Shown one piece after another: positions 1 to 12,216 of a stretch of 59,963 bases of DNA (within the stretch, counting starts at the first letter, position 1; the number at the start of each line of letters is the position of its first letter). Source of the DNA: Atractiella rhizophila (Eukaryota); assembly GCA_021432655.1 (NCBI GenBank), contig MU271465.1:1-59963 (forward strand), given 5' to 3'. The notes below the pieces were generated by a model. The model ran no database searches, was not told where the DNA came from, and was given only the letters and a program-made list of their open reading frames with translations. Position numbers and translations under genes: made by a program.

Positions 1-1303
1 GACGGAAAATATAGTGTACAGAGAAGTTTTGAATTTTCACAATCGGATGCATGTAGACCTATAATGAAATCATATAGATTCATACCAAAACCCATATCCA
101 TATGTGCTCGCTGAAGGCGAGGCCCCACGCAGTGGCTGCCAGTGGCAAGAGCTCCACGCAGTGGCTGCCGGAGGCTGGGTCCAAGGGGTGAAGCCCCTGG
201 CGGGGGGGATGCCCGAGGGACAAGGGCACTGACACACTTGTTGATCCTAAAGACTCGTCTGTTTTCTGTGCACAAAAATCGACACCCGAACTTCTGAGGC
301 AATCTGAGGGGTGAGAACGAGATGACAGGACTGTTTTGCGTTGACTAGTGAGCTAGTACATGATTTTCACAAGCACACCGTCAATAGGACCAATAGGGCG
401 TCCTATGGTGAAATCCTATAATAGGACGCTGTAGGGTTTGCAGTTTTGCTGATGTTAAAGTCTGTTTACAGCACTAAGTAGTGAACAAGTTGATCGGAAT
501 TATCCTATCCTCTAAGATTCATCTGTTCTTGGCATGAGTCATAAGACGCACTTTTGAGCCCTCACACCTCCCTCGCCATGCACAATAGAATGAAATAAAT
601 TACGCCATCGTAACCCATATGCTTGCCCCTTTCCGATCCTGCGAGGAAATTTTATTCTGCAAGGGCTTAAAAAATTGCGTTTCGTACTGGACTCGAACTC
701 TTACCTGATCTGATCACTGTGGGGTTCAAGGGGCCATGCCCCTTGCGAGTGGGTTGGAGGGCCTGAGGGACGAAGGCCAATGACACACTTGTAGAATTAT
801 AATACTCCAGAAGGTAGAGTCCAGTTCCTCACCACATGTTAGGGTTCCATAGTAGGCAGTGGATGATGCGTTATAGAGTGTCAGTGGTTGAAGGTATACA
901 GTCTCTGCACCTTGTTTGCTATCCTGTGTGAACCTTTTAGCTTAGTGGTCAACCCTGACACTAGATTCGACAAGCCCATTGTCCCACAAGTGCCCTGGGG
1001 CGATCAAATCCCAGGGAACTCGAAAAGGCATTGCAGCAACCTTAGCCAACAGGTCCTCAAGCAGGACACACGAAGCAGTATCCATGAAACTCATTCGCTT
1101 CGCATGCCTTCCAAGACCAATTAGGCCACATCAGGATTCTTGAGAAATATTGCAGTCCCTGAAGGCGATTAATTGGATTACAACTCAACCTCCGGAGTAT
1201 ATGACAAACAAGTGTTCACCCATGACCTCTACGGCAGCGTTTGTATTTCCCCTTTCCACGTACTGCCCAGCTTGCATTGAAGTATGACCCAAAACAAGCA
1301 ACT

Positions 1304-4300
1304 TCAATGCCATATCCAATATTCAAATCGTGTTTCAGGTTCTCCTGCTTCCAGACAGAGTCTTTTTGCCTCCTCGAACTCCGTCTGCGCGACTTCGCTT
1401 AGGCCATGTAGAAGATTGATTTCCCCGACATTGTAGGCACAGTCGGCTTGTCCTAATTTGCCTAATTTATCTCCCAATTCCCCATAGAGCACCTTAGTCT
1501 CCTTAAACGTCCTCAGAGCATCCTCAGTGGCACCTTCCTTGCGAAATCGGCAGGCAAGAGACTCGGTTAGTGAACACTTTAGCCTTAACAGATCGGGGTG
1601 CCTCTGATCTTGTCCTATCACTTCCTCCACGACGCAAAGTGCCCGTCGTAAGAGCAGGATCGAGAGCCAGAGATTCACATATGGGGTTTTTGACATTTTC
1701 TCCACATGGCGGACAATTGACAAACGGTTTGGTAGGTGTACCATGCTTTCTAGCAAAACATGTTCGAGATTTTGATACTGTTCACCGAAGAATAGTCGCA
1801 GGGATTTCCTAAGTGCTCTATCATCGCGGTTGATATCGAACTCTTCCGCAATCTTCTCGGGTTTTTGCATGAGATGGTTGGCAAGAGGCTGAAGTGACAC
1901 AGCAAGAGTCATCGGAAAAGGAGGGCTGGAATCACGTACAAGGCGGTTGATGTATTCGCGAATAGGCGCGAGCATACGGAGAGTACCTTGGAGTTCATCG
2001 GCAAGCCCGATCTTTGAAATCACTGCGATGATCTTGAAGACGTCCTGACACACATAAGATCTGGATATGAGCGTTGATAAATCGCTATGGGACAGGCCGT
2101 CAGGCACCCATGATAGGAGAGCAAGCCCAAAAAACCCGCACTCCCCCTGCTTTTTGAGCACTGGAGAATTGAGGGAGAACGATATCGACTTTTTGAGCGT
2201 CATTGTGCTTTTGCTCTCTTCGTCCCAGAAAACATCTGTCTTTCTATCCTTCCACTCGTCGAACAATTGTTTGAGTGTCATGGTTAAATCCTCATTGGCA
2301 CGTAGAGCGAACAGCTTGATTGATAGAGCATGGAAGTCTAGTTCTTCAACTAGCTGTTTGATCAGTGACAGGGTAAAATTCTCTTCTCTCTGATAAAGGT
2401 TCTTGAAGAGTTCCAGTGCACCTTCTTCTGGCAGACGACTAATCAAGACCCTGAAAAACACTACTCGCTCGTCGGCTCTCACGTCCAACGGTTCAACTTG
2501 ATTCCCGCGATGGGCGACGGCAAGCACCGAGCCGACCGAGTTGTTTGAAAGAAGTGTTCGAAAAAAGTGTTCTTTTTCGTCATTGTCAGCACGCAGCGGA
2601 GTTTCAAAGTTATCCAAAACGAGAAGACATTTTCTACTTCTGAAGTAGTCAGCGGCAACGGCCAGTGATGGTTTGCCAGATCGGGGCAGCGCAAAGACAT
2701 CGTCACAGATATGGTCGGAAAGCCGAGCAAAGGTATCAAAGTTGTCGCAGCGAACCCAAAAGCGGAGATCTTCTCTACTGCCGCCCGTCAAATCTGTGAA
2801 GTACTGCTCGATCTCTTCGGAGTGCACGGTGTTGAGTGCAACGGTGGATTTACCGCTTCCAGCTCCACCCACAATCGCAACATGGCGCCGGTTAAGTATA
2901 GCGTTTCTAGCACGTTGGATCTCATCTTCACGGCCAAAGCAAGAGCCTGGAGGCGGTAATGGCAGCCGTCGACGAACTGCAATCCGCTCAGCACACACTA
3001 CAAGAGCATCAACACAATAGCAACAGAAGCGGTAAGAGAACTACCCCGAACGAGATATTCAGCAGCATTCCGCACTTCGTACCTCATTACGTCCATGTAA
3101 GCCTTTGTAACGCCCACGACGTCCTCCTTTCTCTCTTTGACGCCTCCCATCTTTTGGACTGAAAAGCGGTGGTAGTGATGTGTTAGGCGTTCAACCTGCA
3201 TCCTCATCTTCGCCTGATCGGCCACCTGGGAACAATCTTCGGCAATTGCCTTCACAGCGATTTCAATCTCGTGTTTAGCACAACCCCACTTGATAGCTGG
3301 CGCGATCCCTGACCCCAAAGAGACAAGACAGGCGACTTGGCTCCCTTCCCCCCAAATGCGCTTCGATTCTTCGATCGCCAATCCTGCTGGGTTATTGTTT
3401 CCGCTGGCGACATATTTCGTTTTGTCGATGACGATAGGAGGGAAGATGTCAGGAGCAGAAGAAGTTGCTCTTGCCGCCTCCCACACACTACATCGAGCGG
3501 CAAAGCGAGCTGCGTGGCGGACGTCGTACGTGCGCATCTCTGTCGAAAAGACGGCTGATTCGTGCTTTGAGACGACGAAGGTTCTGCATCGATCTACGAT
3601 CTTCTCATCCTTCATAGGAAGATGGGATGACGGTCCAGATGATGGAGCATGACGTGCAATGATGTCGAGGAAGACGGCTTCGAGCCTCTCTGCAGAGTAG
3701 ACGCAGCCTTGTTCCGAAACTGGACCTTGATAGGAAAAAACTGTCTGCACGATCTCCTCATAGGCGCGCATGGATTCGCGTACCGTCATGCCCAACCGTC
3801 CGAGCATGAGGGCAATCCATCCGCCAGTGGAAGTGCCGCAAATCAGGTCGAAAACATCGCACGGCCGAACCTCTTCTCCTTCCGGCACGCAGAGGAGCGC
3901 TCCAACCTCAAGCATGACGGCCTCGAGCATATAAAGGGTGGAGAAAGTATAGATGCCGCTGTTGTCGATCGCGAGGATTCGGAGTCCTTTGTCGTTCGTT
4001 GTCTTGACATTGTCCGGGACTTCGAAAATTTTGACAGTTGGAACGTGGGAGGTGACAGGGGATGTAAACGATGTTGGAGTGGGAGTTCTGGACGGAACGG
4101 TCGTCGCGGTACGCCGCCCTAACATACGAAGTATTGGCTGAAAAGCTTTCGTTTTGGCGCTGAGGAATGGGTGGGATCGAGAATCCAGTGGCATCACTGA
4201 CTGGTTGCGAACTGTATCGCATTCCCCCGATGGAGTTTCTTGCGATTTGGTGCCAAATTGGTCGTTGTCCTCAGACGAACTCCCTAGGTCTCCATTATCG

Positions 4301-4359
4301 TGATCGTTGGCAGGCGAAGAAGGAGGCCTGAGCGTCTTCATAAAGGCAGAGGCATCCAT
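1304..4359 (-). CDS. NLR-like protein copy 1: patatin-like domain + STAND (NB-ARC/NACHT-like) NTPase + short TPR tail; two exons joined by intron 2998-3044
   Basis: Patatin motifs LRILAIDNSG, FDLICGTSTGG, WEAARATSSAP. Walker A GGAGSGKS, Walker B LLVLDNFE, HALSIKL. About 2 TPR-like units. The 47-nt GTAGTT...TTGTAG intron joins EYLVR-V-CAER in frame. Start taken at the first ATG (4359, MDASAF). Confidence 0.85.
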
Positions 4360-6683
4360 CGCGTTGAGAAAATAATATACGGTGCCGACGATAACTGAAT
4401 GAGAGCTGGTCCTGATTTGTTGAATGCGGGAACACACTGAGAAATGGAAGTCACGTATCTGTAAATGGATGCCGTTAGTAAGCAGGAGAGCCAGTGAAAA
4501 GGCAGTGTGAATTGATATCGGAGGGAGGAGAAGACGAGCGGAATGCGATGGAGGAGATGTTTGATCCAAAAGATCATCCGTACGTGCGGATGCATTGAAG
4601 ATGGGTGGAGCGCGCTCCACGACTGCATGTGGGAAACGCAGGACAAGTAGTTTGTCAATCTCAATAACTAAAGCTGGGAAAATCAACAAACAGATCTTCC
4701 AGTGCTGAGTGAGGAGCTCGTAAAAGGGTCTCGTGAATTAATCATGATGAAGATATGCAGGTGTAATTTGAGAAGGGCGAAGAACAGACAGAAACCGACG
4801 TTAAGCCCTTCTCCCACGCATCCCTCTACGCGGCCATGACGGTTGTCAATGTTTAACCCAGCCAGCCTCAACCGTTGACAGGACCAGTTTATACCTGGGA
4901 TAACTTACGAGAACTTTCACCAACTCTGCAGATCCTGCGAAACTATCAAGCAACTTGAAGTAACACCGTGGCGCGATTCAAAATCTGAACAGCAGAATTT
5001 CTTTGAAGCTGTGGAGGAGAGCTGTTAGTCGATGACTGGCAATTCAGAAGCAGATTGATCATCGTTTGTCCCACATCCTAAACCTGCAGTGCCCGACGTT
5101 CCCGAAAGTGAAAGGAACAAAGATGATGACTAACTTCCTCCAGTGATCCCTCTGTAGGATTTACACTTCGATTAGCTTTCTGCATTGTCGGATGACTGCA
5201 ATCCCGAATATCTATTTTATGCTCCATGATTTAGTCGAGTTGCATGAACCCTTTTTAATGGATCCCGAGGGAAAGAGTAGAAGGCGGGTGTTGGGAATGT
5301 CGCTCTGCTGTTTAAGCCTGTCTCGCATCACTTCTCCCATTACCTACCTGTCAAATATCTCACAGGTGGTGCAATGGGCTCTAGTAGTCGATCGATGGCT
5401 TGTATAATCAGCGGCTTCATGTATCCCGCGAGCTTGTGGCTTTCTGCACAAAGTGTTTTGCTTTGGCTTTGGAGTGGATGTAGACTAGGGATGGCCATTG
5501 AATGGAATTGAATCGGGCCAGCCCTCGTTGATTCGCAGACTAGAAGTAAGGAGGTACTTACAAGCCACATAAATGTAGTGTAGAGAATCGTCTGAACTGT
5601 AATGGTACTCAGCAAGCATTGTATGTGCATTAACCAGACCCCTTCGGTATGCTTTAGAGAGAATGGGGGAAAATCGTTAATTATCTTGTTCAGGTGATTG
5701 AGCAAGTCTAGAGTCCAGCCCCAATGTGTGCGGACATTAGGGATCAACATCCTTAGAGTATCATTGGACACATGCTCTACACCTCAGTCAATGCCTTCTC
5801 AAGCTCCAGCAGCCAGTTGTTTCGTTGGCACCAATCATAGGTCACAATGAAACAAGTCTTTTGACCATCTTTGAAGAAGGAATTCACCCACATATTGCTG
5901 ATACCATTGCTATTTCAGAGCATAAACCCAATACTCTCGAAAAATGAAAGACCAGAGCTTGGAATCTTGATTGTAACTATCATCAACGACTGGACACCAA
6001 ATCTCTAGGTTCAGACCCTATCCAACCTCTTCGTCAACCTTTCAATTGACAACCTCAATTCACTAGAAATACCCCTCCTCCTCCTCAGATAGCTGGACCC
6101 ACGACCACTATGACTCCTGATAGAACCAAATTCTTTTGAAAATCTCTCATCTTTGATTGTTGTGGTCAATCTGGACATGTTCAAGCTGTCTTTGTAATCC
6201 CAATCGATCTTCAAGTTAGAAGTACAATCAGAATGGCTTTGGAGAACCTATGTTCCTCTATATCGGCACAGGGAAAAGACCACATACATTATAGGAGATA
6301 CTGGATTAGTGGTTCGTGGAGCGTGAACTACACATGAAGGAGAGGATGAGCCGGAGAGAATGATATGGAATTGAGGGGGAGAAGAGGAGCACGGACAGTA
6401 GCACTAGTGATCGAAGCGATGGACACTGCCATTCCTTCACAATACCTTCAAGTTCGCGTTCTAGACTCTGTAACTTTGTTCACAAGGTGGTGGTCAGTTG
6501 CAGCGACTATCTTTGGTTGACAAAAAAGTCACTGACACAAGATGAGGAAAAATGACGGACGAGCTCCCAAATCGAGATCTTGCCACCACAGGCAGAGTTT
6601 CCTCTCGAGAAGGCAGTTAACTTCAGAGAGGTACGTCTAACTTATGCGCAAGGGAGTGATTTCAGTTCTGTTTCCTTGTAGTC

Positions 6684-6965
6684 ATGGCACCCCTTGACCT
6701 CCAACCTACCTATATCAAAGGCTACGAGTTCAGCTATCCCAAACTAGCGAAGCTTCTGGAGGTGGGAGAAAGAGACCCAGCTGTCTTCGATGCCATAGTA
6801 ATGACTGTTCACGATTGGATCCCTCGCGATTTATATCTTTTTATTGGCGGCGGAGCGAAAGTCGATGTTAAACCAAACCAGTGTCATACTACCGCCGCGG
6901 TTATAGTGCTGGATCAGGATTATGATGCCAAGAAGCTTGAGGAACGAGCTTTGCCCTTCATTTGA
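6684..6965 (+). CDS. Small hypothetical protein, possibly a truncated or frameshifted relic
   Basis: 93-aa ATG ORF with globular-looking composition (YIKGYEFSYPKLAKLL...); no recognised motif. Confidence 0.3.
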   Translation: MAPLDLQPTYIKGYEFSYPKLAKLLEVGERDPAVFDAIVMTVHDWIPRDLYLFIGGGAKVDVKPNQCHTTAAVIVLDQDYDAKKLEERALPFI

Positions 6966-7346
6966 CATTGATCCCAATGTTGAAGAGATGGCTCTGGAGC
7001 CTGATGTTAAGGTGCGGAAGAGGTGTGGCTGAAGAATTCGTTATAGCGAGTATAACCCTTCTCTCAAAGTGGGAGTTGAGTTAGGAAGTGTTGACCTACC
7101 TGCAGCCAGTGCAGGGTCTCAGACCTAACCCTCTCCAACCAAACTCGACCCGAGAGGAAGGACTGATGAGTTGTCGTTGGCGGAGGAAGTTCTGAGGTTA
7201 CTACAGTGGTGCAAGAGATAGTTCAATAAACTAATACTTGTCAAAGCCTAAGAAGAGTTACCAAGCAGGTCTATTCCCCTTCGCATCAGATTCGTCCCAC
7301 TGTCAGCCCCTAGGCGACGTCACTGTACTCAATGGAAGCTCTCGCG

Positions 7347-7448
7347 GTCATGGATTATGAAAAGAGACATGAGCATTCTGGTCATGGATTATGAAAAGAG
7401 ACATGAGTATTCTGGTCATGGATTATGAAAAGAGACATGAGTATTCTG
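7347..7448. repeat. 34-bp tandem repeat x3
   Basis: GTCATGGATTATGAAAAGAGACATGAG(C/T)ATTCTG at 7347, 7381 and 7415, with no spacers. Confidence 0.95.
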
Positions 7449-9542
7449 CCGCATATGACATTGGAACGAAATCTCGTACTCCTCATGCTCCTTAACTTGC
7501 GAGTGCTTGCATGTGCCAACTTGGAAAGCATATTCTCCACTCAATCAGCTCCAGCCTCAACATCCAGCAAAACTGAAATACCATTTGTGTGCCGTCCTCT
7601 GCTTATATATATGAACACTTGCCCCTGGATGACAATGATCATTGCAGTTGAAATCGACGTAAAGCTCGAATCATGAGGGCTTCGCTTCCGCCATCTTCTC
7701 CAAACACGCTGCTGCATTAATCACACCGACTAGAGGTACGGATGGAACGACTGACTTGACCTCTGATCCAGCATTAAACATTGTGATCATACTCCCGTTG
7801 CAGATTCCTGAAGCTCTCATTCAGCGTTCTTCTCGATACCCTTCCATCGCATCAAACAGATGCTTGATCTGAAGACGCGAAAATGAGTGACACCATTACA
7901 GGGAATCAAGTGCGGACTAGCATCTGTCAACGCTGCACTTTCCTATTCTGAGAGTCACAGGGGGGAACAGCTCCAATTCGATCCACTTGAACCGCTTCAA
8001 CAACCCCCTCTCTCGCCTCTCATTCCTTCGTGACCCTGGGCTCCCTGTCCGCAACTTCGTCTGCAGTCAGCTGGCGGGTGGCGTCGAGGTCACTGTTACG
8101 GATTTGTGTGCTCCTGCATGTGGATTTCGCATTTCCTGAACCGCCTTCAAAGTCATGGAGGGAGATGCTTAAAGAAAACTTTATGCCCATTGTGGCTCCA
8201 GCTGCGAGAGAAGGTGGCGACGCCTGATCTCGTATCTTTGCCCGTCTCCGACTCGCCTGCCCCATCTCATGGAGTCACTTTGGTGGTGCGCGATACTGCC
8301 ACGAAATCGTCAAAGTCCTACCGGGATACTTGATCAATCGAGAAAGGCACCTTGTTTACGGCGACGAAGAATGTTTAGGGCGACCCCATCGCTCCTTGCT
8401 CAGCAGGCATAGCTTCGGGAAGGAGAGCTGGGTAGATTGCGCGTCGAACTAACACTTCCTAACGGAGCTGAGACTTTGTCTATCCGTGGACTGGACTATT
8501 CGGAATGGGTGTCTCTCAACGCTCGTCTACGTCCTGACCGAATCAACCACCTCCGCCTTGTCTTCCGTCCGGCCAGATCCACTCAGGCTCCTCTTCGCCA
8601 CGATGCTTTGGCAAATTGCATCCAGCCGGAGATTGTATCTGAGGTTGAAACTGACTTTAACCAATCTGACCCTGTTGGAATTCTTTCGGGCCAGTTGGAG
8701 CGTAGGGGGAGGAACTAATGGGACGAGCAGCCATGAGCATCTTAGCAGGGCCTTGACTAGGTCCACCGAGATGGTCAAGATAACGCCTTTTAGGTCTTGC
8801 TGGTATCATCTGCTTCGGGCAGTCAGGATCGAAGGGAGAGCAGGCGAAGGAGAGGCTGCGTTCCTAAATGCGACTCCTACTTCTATGTCTCTCTCGACTG
8901 TGGTTAAGACTGCCTCGTCGCGAAGATGGCCTCTGAGTGAGCGGGAGGGGATTCGAGAACGAGGACAGAACGAGTGCTGGTGACGAGGTGAAAGAGAGCA
9001 GGCTCGTCAGCGTAAACGGTGACGACCACGGGGAGAATGTGAATGACCTTGGGGAGAACATGAACAACCGCAGGCGAGCGTGAGTGTGAGAGCGGAATAG
9101 AACGTCTTCGCCTAGGAGTGTGAAAACTAGATCGCTCCCCTTTCTCTCCTTCCCTCCCTCTTCATCGTCAGACTTCACCTCACCTCCCACCAGATCGTCG
9201 TACGCCATTTGTTCATAGCTTAAGTAGAGATCTTTACAATAGAGAGCACTCATCGATATCATACAATCTACCTGTTTCTGGATTTAGTCGTCTAATTCAC
9301 TCACATCTTCTTCCGTCTTCATGCAGTTGTACTTTGAAATTTCAGCTTCGCTCACTATGTAGTTGAAGCATCTGAGATGGGCTGGCCGTCATTTTGAATA
9401 CGGTTGGTTATTTCTTTTCATTCATGCCCAGTTCATTTCAAAATCGTGTAGGAGGGAGAAGAAGGTTCAAAAAAGAATGCGGGCAGGAGTCACGATTGAT
9501 GAGTTGCAACAACTTTCAACCATCTGCTCTCCTCAGCACGGA

Positions 9543-11236
9543 ATGGGTCATATCAGCCGACATGCACTGCTAAGCCGCCGCAACCTGCGGCCAGTGTGCG
9601 TGTCTCTAGCCTCTAGCGCGCCGAATAAGTTCTGACAAAGGATTTGTAGCCAGTTCCCTCTCTCCCGCTTCTCGTAATCTCCATAGTGAGCCTGTCCTTT
9701 CGCCAGCGTGACATTTTAGCTGAAGAACAATTCTTAGCTCTGTCAAAACCATCCTTTGTCGCCTCTGCTTCGCTCAACTCGTTACCCGCCCGCTCATCGT
9801 ATGGCCACCTGTCCTTCATGTTCATTGACGCTTCCATTGGATACTCATACTGCGGGATAGGCTTCCATTGGATACTCATACTGCGGGATAGGCGACCACA
9901 GCGCTATTGCTTCGATCCTGAGCGACCACCGCGAAATGTCTTGCTTATCAAGAAACACCACGATGCACCGGCGTTGGATGCAGCAAAGAGAATCATTTCG
10001 TGAGGCTTTCCTTTCCAAGCCATGCGTGTTAAGAAACGGGGTGGAGTATAGACACATCACCAGCGTTCATCCCAAAGCGAACCTTCACCTCGAACCTTCA
10101 GTCTTCTCTGAGTTAGGCAGGAGCTTCTGCGAGGGGAAGAAAAATCTGATCGCTTCTCCCGGCGACGGTATGGATGCCTCTGTCAGTTGGCAGAGATATA
10201 CAGTGACTCTGTTGTGGGTACAGATGAGCCTATCGATCTCGTCCTCGCAATCGGAGGCGATGGTACAGTTTTGCATGTTTCTCATCTGTTTCAAGGTCCC
10301 GTACCACCAGTCGTTGGCTTTGGCGGCGGAGGATTGGGCTTTTTACTTCCTTTTCGTGAGAACACCTCCGTCCAACTGATGAAAAAAGCCTTGATAATGA
10401 GCTGATAGACATAAATGATCTCCCACATGTTCTCAAAGAGCTTATGCGTCCTGGAAAAGAGTTTGAGGTCTTACATCGCATGAGACTTCAAAGTTGGATA
10501 GTGGGAGAACAAAGAGAGGCGACCGGTCTGTTCTGGCTTTATTATCCGCTAAAGGGAGCTCACCGAGCATTACAGTTCCAACGCTAGCTCTCAACGAAGT
10601 CCTTTTACACCGCGGTTCATCCCTTTGCCTTACCCTCCCTCCCTTCCCAACTTAAACTATGTTATGCAGGTGCTTCGGCCCACATGATCCGCCTCTCGAT
10701 CTCAATCCATTCGACACCCCTCACCGAGGCACTAGCCGATGGGCTCCTTCTCTCAACACCGACAGGGTCCACAGCGTATTCGCTCTCAACGGGAGGACCG
10801 ATAGTGTCTCCACGTGTCCCAGGAATCCTACTCTCACCTGTGTGTCCGAGGAGTCTGTCGTTCAGGAATTTAGTGTTGGATGAAGGTGCAGAAGTGGCAG
10901 TCCAGGTGAGACCTCCGATTTGTCATAGCAGGGAGGCATTGTTAAATGACGGGTGAACAGATATGTGGAACTTCCCGTTCCAATGCCCTCCTCACAGTAG
11001 ACGGTCGAGACGTCAGGTTCCTTTCTCCTGGCGAGAAACTCTTCGTCAAGAAAGGACCAGAGCCAGTTCCATGTGTTATGCCTCCCATGCTCTCTTCGGG
11101 CTCCGGATCTCCTGCCAGCGAGGGACATGAAGGAGGAGAGGGTCGGCATTGGAACGATGACTGGGTGAAGGATATCAACTCAATGTTGCGGTTTAATTAT
11201 GGGTTTGCCTCGAAAAGGTTGCTTAGTGACACTTGA
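9543..11236 (+). CDS. POS5: NAD(H) kinase, POS5-like (probably mitochondrial), multi-exon
   Basis: Spliced exons give DLVLAIGGDGTVLHVSHLFQGPVPPV, GLGFLLPF, ALNEVLLHRG, ADGLLLSTPTGSTAYSLSTGGP, SPVCPRSLSFR and DWVKDINSMLRFN. The Arg-rich N-terminus MGHISRHALLSRRNLRP resembles a targeting peptide. Start approximate. Confidence 0.88.
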
Positions 11237-12216
11237 CTGTACGTTCAATTACTTTTTCCATCACATTGGATCATGTAGATTGGATTCTGGGATGTTGCTC
11301 GATTGTCGCAGAAACCATTGAAGGATTCCTTGGAACCATGATGAGACTGAGGACTCATCTGAAGAACATTCGAATGGGATGTTGCTCAGCCTCCGGGAGT
11401 GGAGTCGTTATTGATTCTGCAGTATTTCGGAGATGATTGCTATTAGTTGTGGACGTCTCACGACCTGCCTTCTCTCCTCCCGCATAGACATCTATAAGCT
11501 TATCCCATCTGAGGATTCGGATAAGGGGATGGGGTTATGATACGACACAAGAATCTGTTTCAACTCTCCGCTGCAACACACGTCGTTGACCAAGGCGACG
11601 AAAGGCACTTTAACACTAAGTGAATGATTGAGCCTTCTGTGAGGATAACTTTCAGGATGCATGGACTTGATCGTCGCCGTGTGTTCAGTCCGTCAATAGG
11701 TGCACAAAAGTCAAAAGGTAAATGTAATTGCAATGTGGGGTAGGAAATGTGGTACCGCGCACTCCTGCCTTCAACGAAATGTGATCTATGTCTATTTAAT
11801 AGTCTAACTTCGGCTCAGTTATTTGATGGGCTGCTATCTAGTATCATCCCAGCTCGTAATTCTAAGTGGTAGGCATAGCGGGAGAAGGGGTTCTGTTGTT
11901 ATGTCCAGAGACAATCGCTGGGACTGACACGAGAATCCTCCGACGTGAAGCCCTGTTGTGCCCTCTCCACTATTCCTCCTATGCCGCCTTGTTCTCCACC
12001 TTGCTCCCGCCTTTAGCTTTGCCACATGCTCCACTTCCACCTTACTTCCTCCTGCCTCCCGCTACACTTCCACCAGGGAAGTGATAAGACAACAGGCTGA
12101 GTTTTGTACCCGTCCTCTAAACCAAGTTGTAAGGCCGCTTCTTCCTACACAAGAAAGTGTGCACACTTAACCCCCAGGGTCTCGCTCAACGTGAGAAAAG
12201 CAGCGATGAAGAACAG

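Noticed and set aside
2990..3050. Overlapping stop/start of the patatin and NTPase ORFs suggesting a prokaryote-like coupled two-gene defence operon
   Set aside because: An in-frame GT-AG intron at the same position in both paralogs explains it as one eukaryotic gene; the GTG 'start' is an ORF-caller artefact.
4360..4689. N-terminal 110 aa of the 563-aa ORF
   Set aside because: Starts at a non-ATG codon and is not protein-like; probably 5' UTR.
7347..7448. CRISPR-like repeats
   Set aside because: Head-to-tail units with no spacers, no cas genes, eukaryotic context.
7450..9262. Possible gene between the tandem repeat and the NAD kinase
   Set aside because: Only short overlapping ORFs; I could not build a consistent model or recognise a motif.
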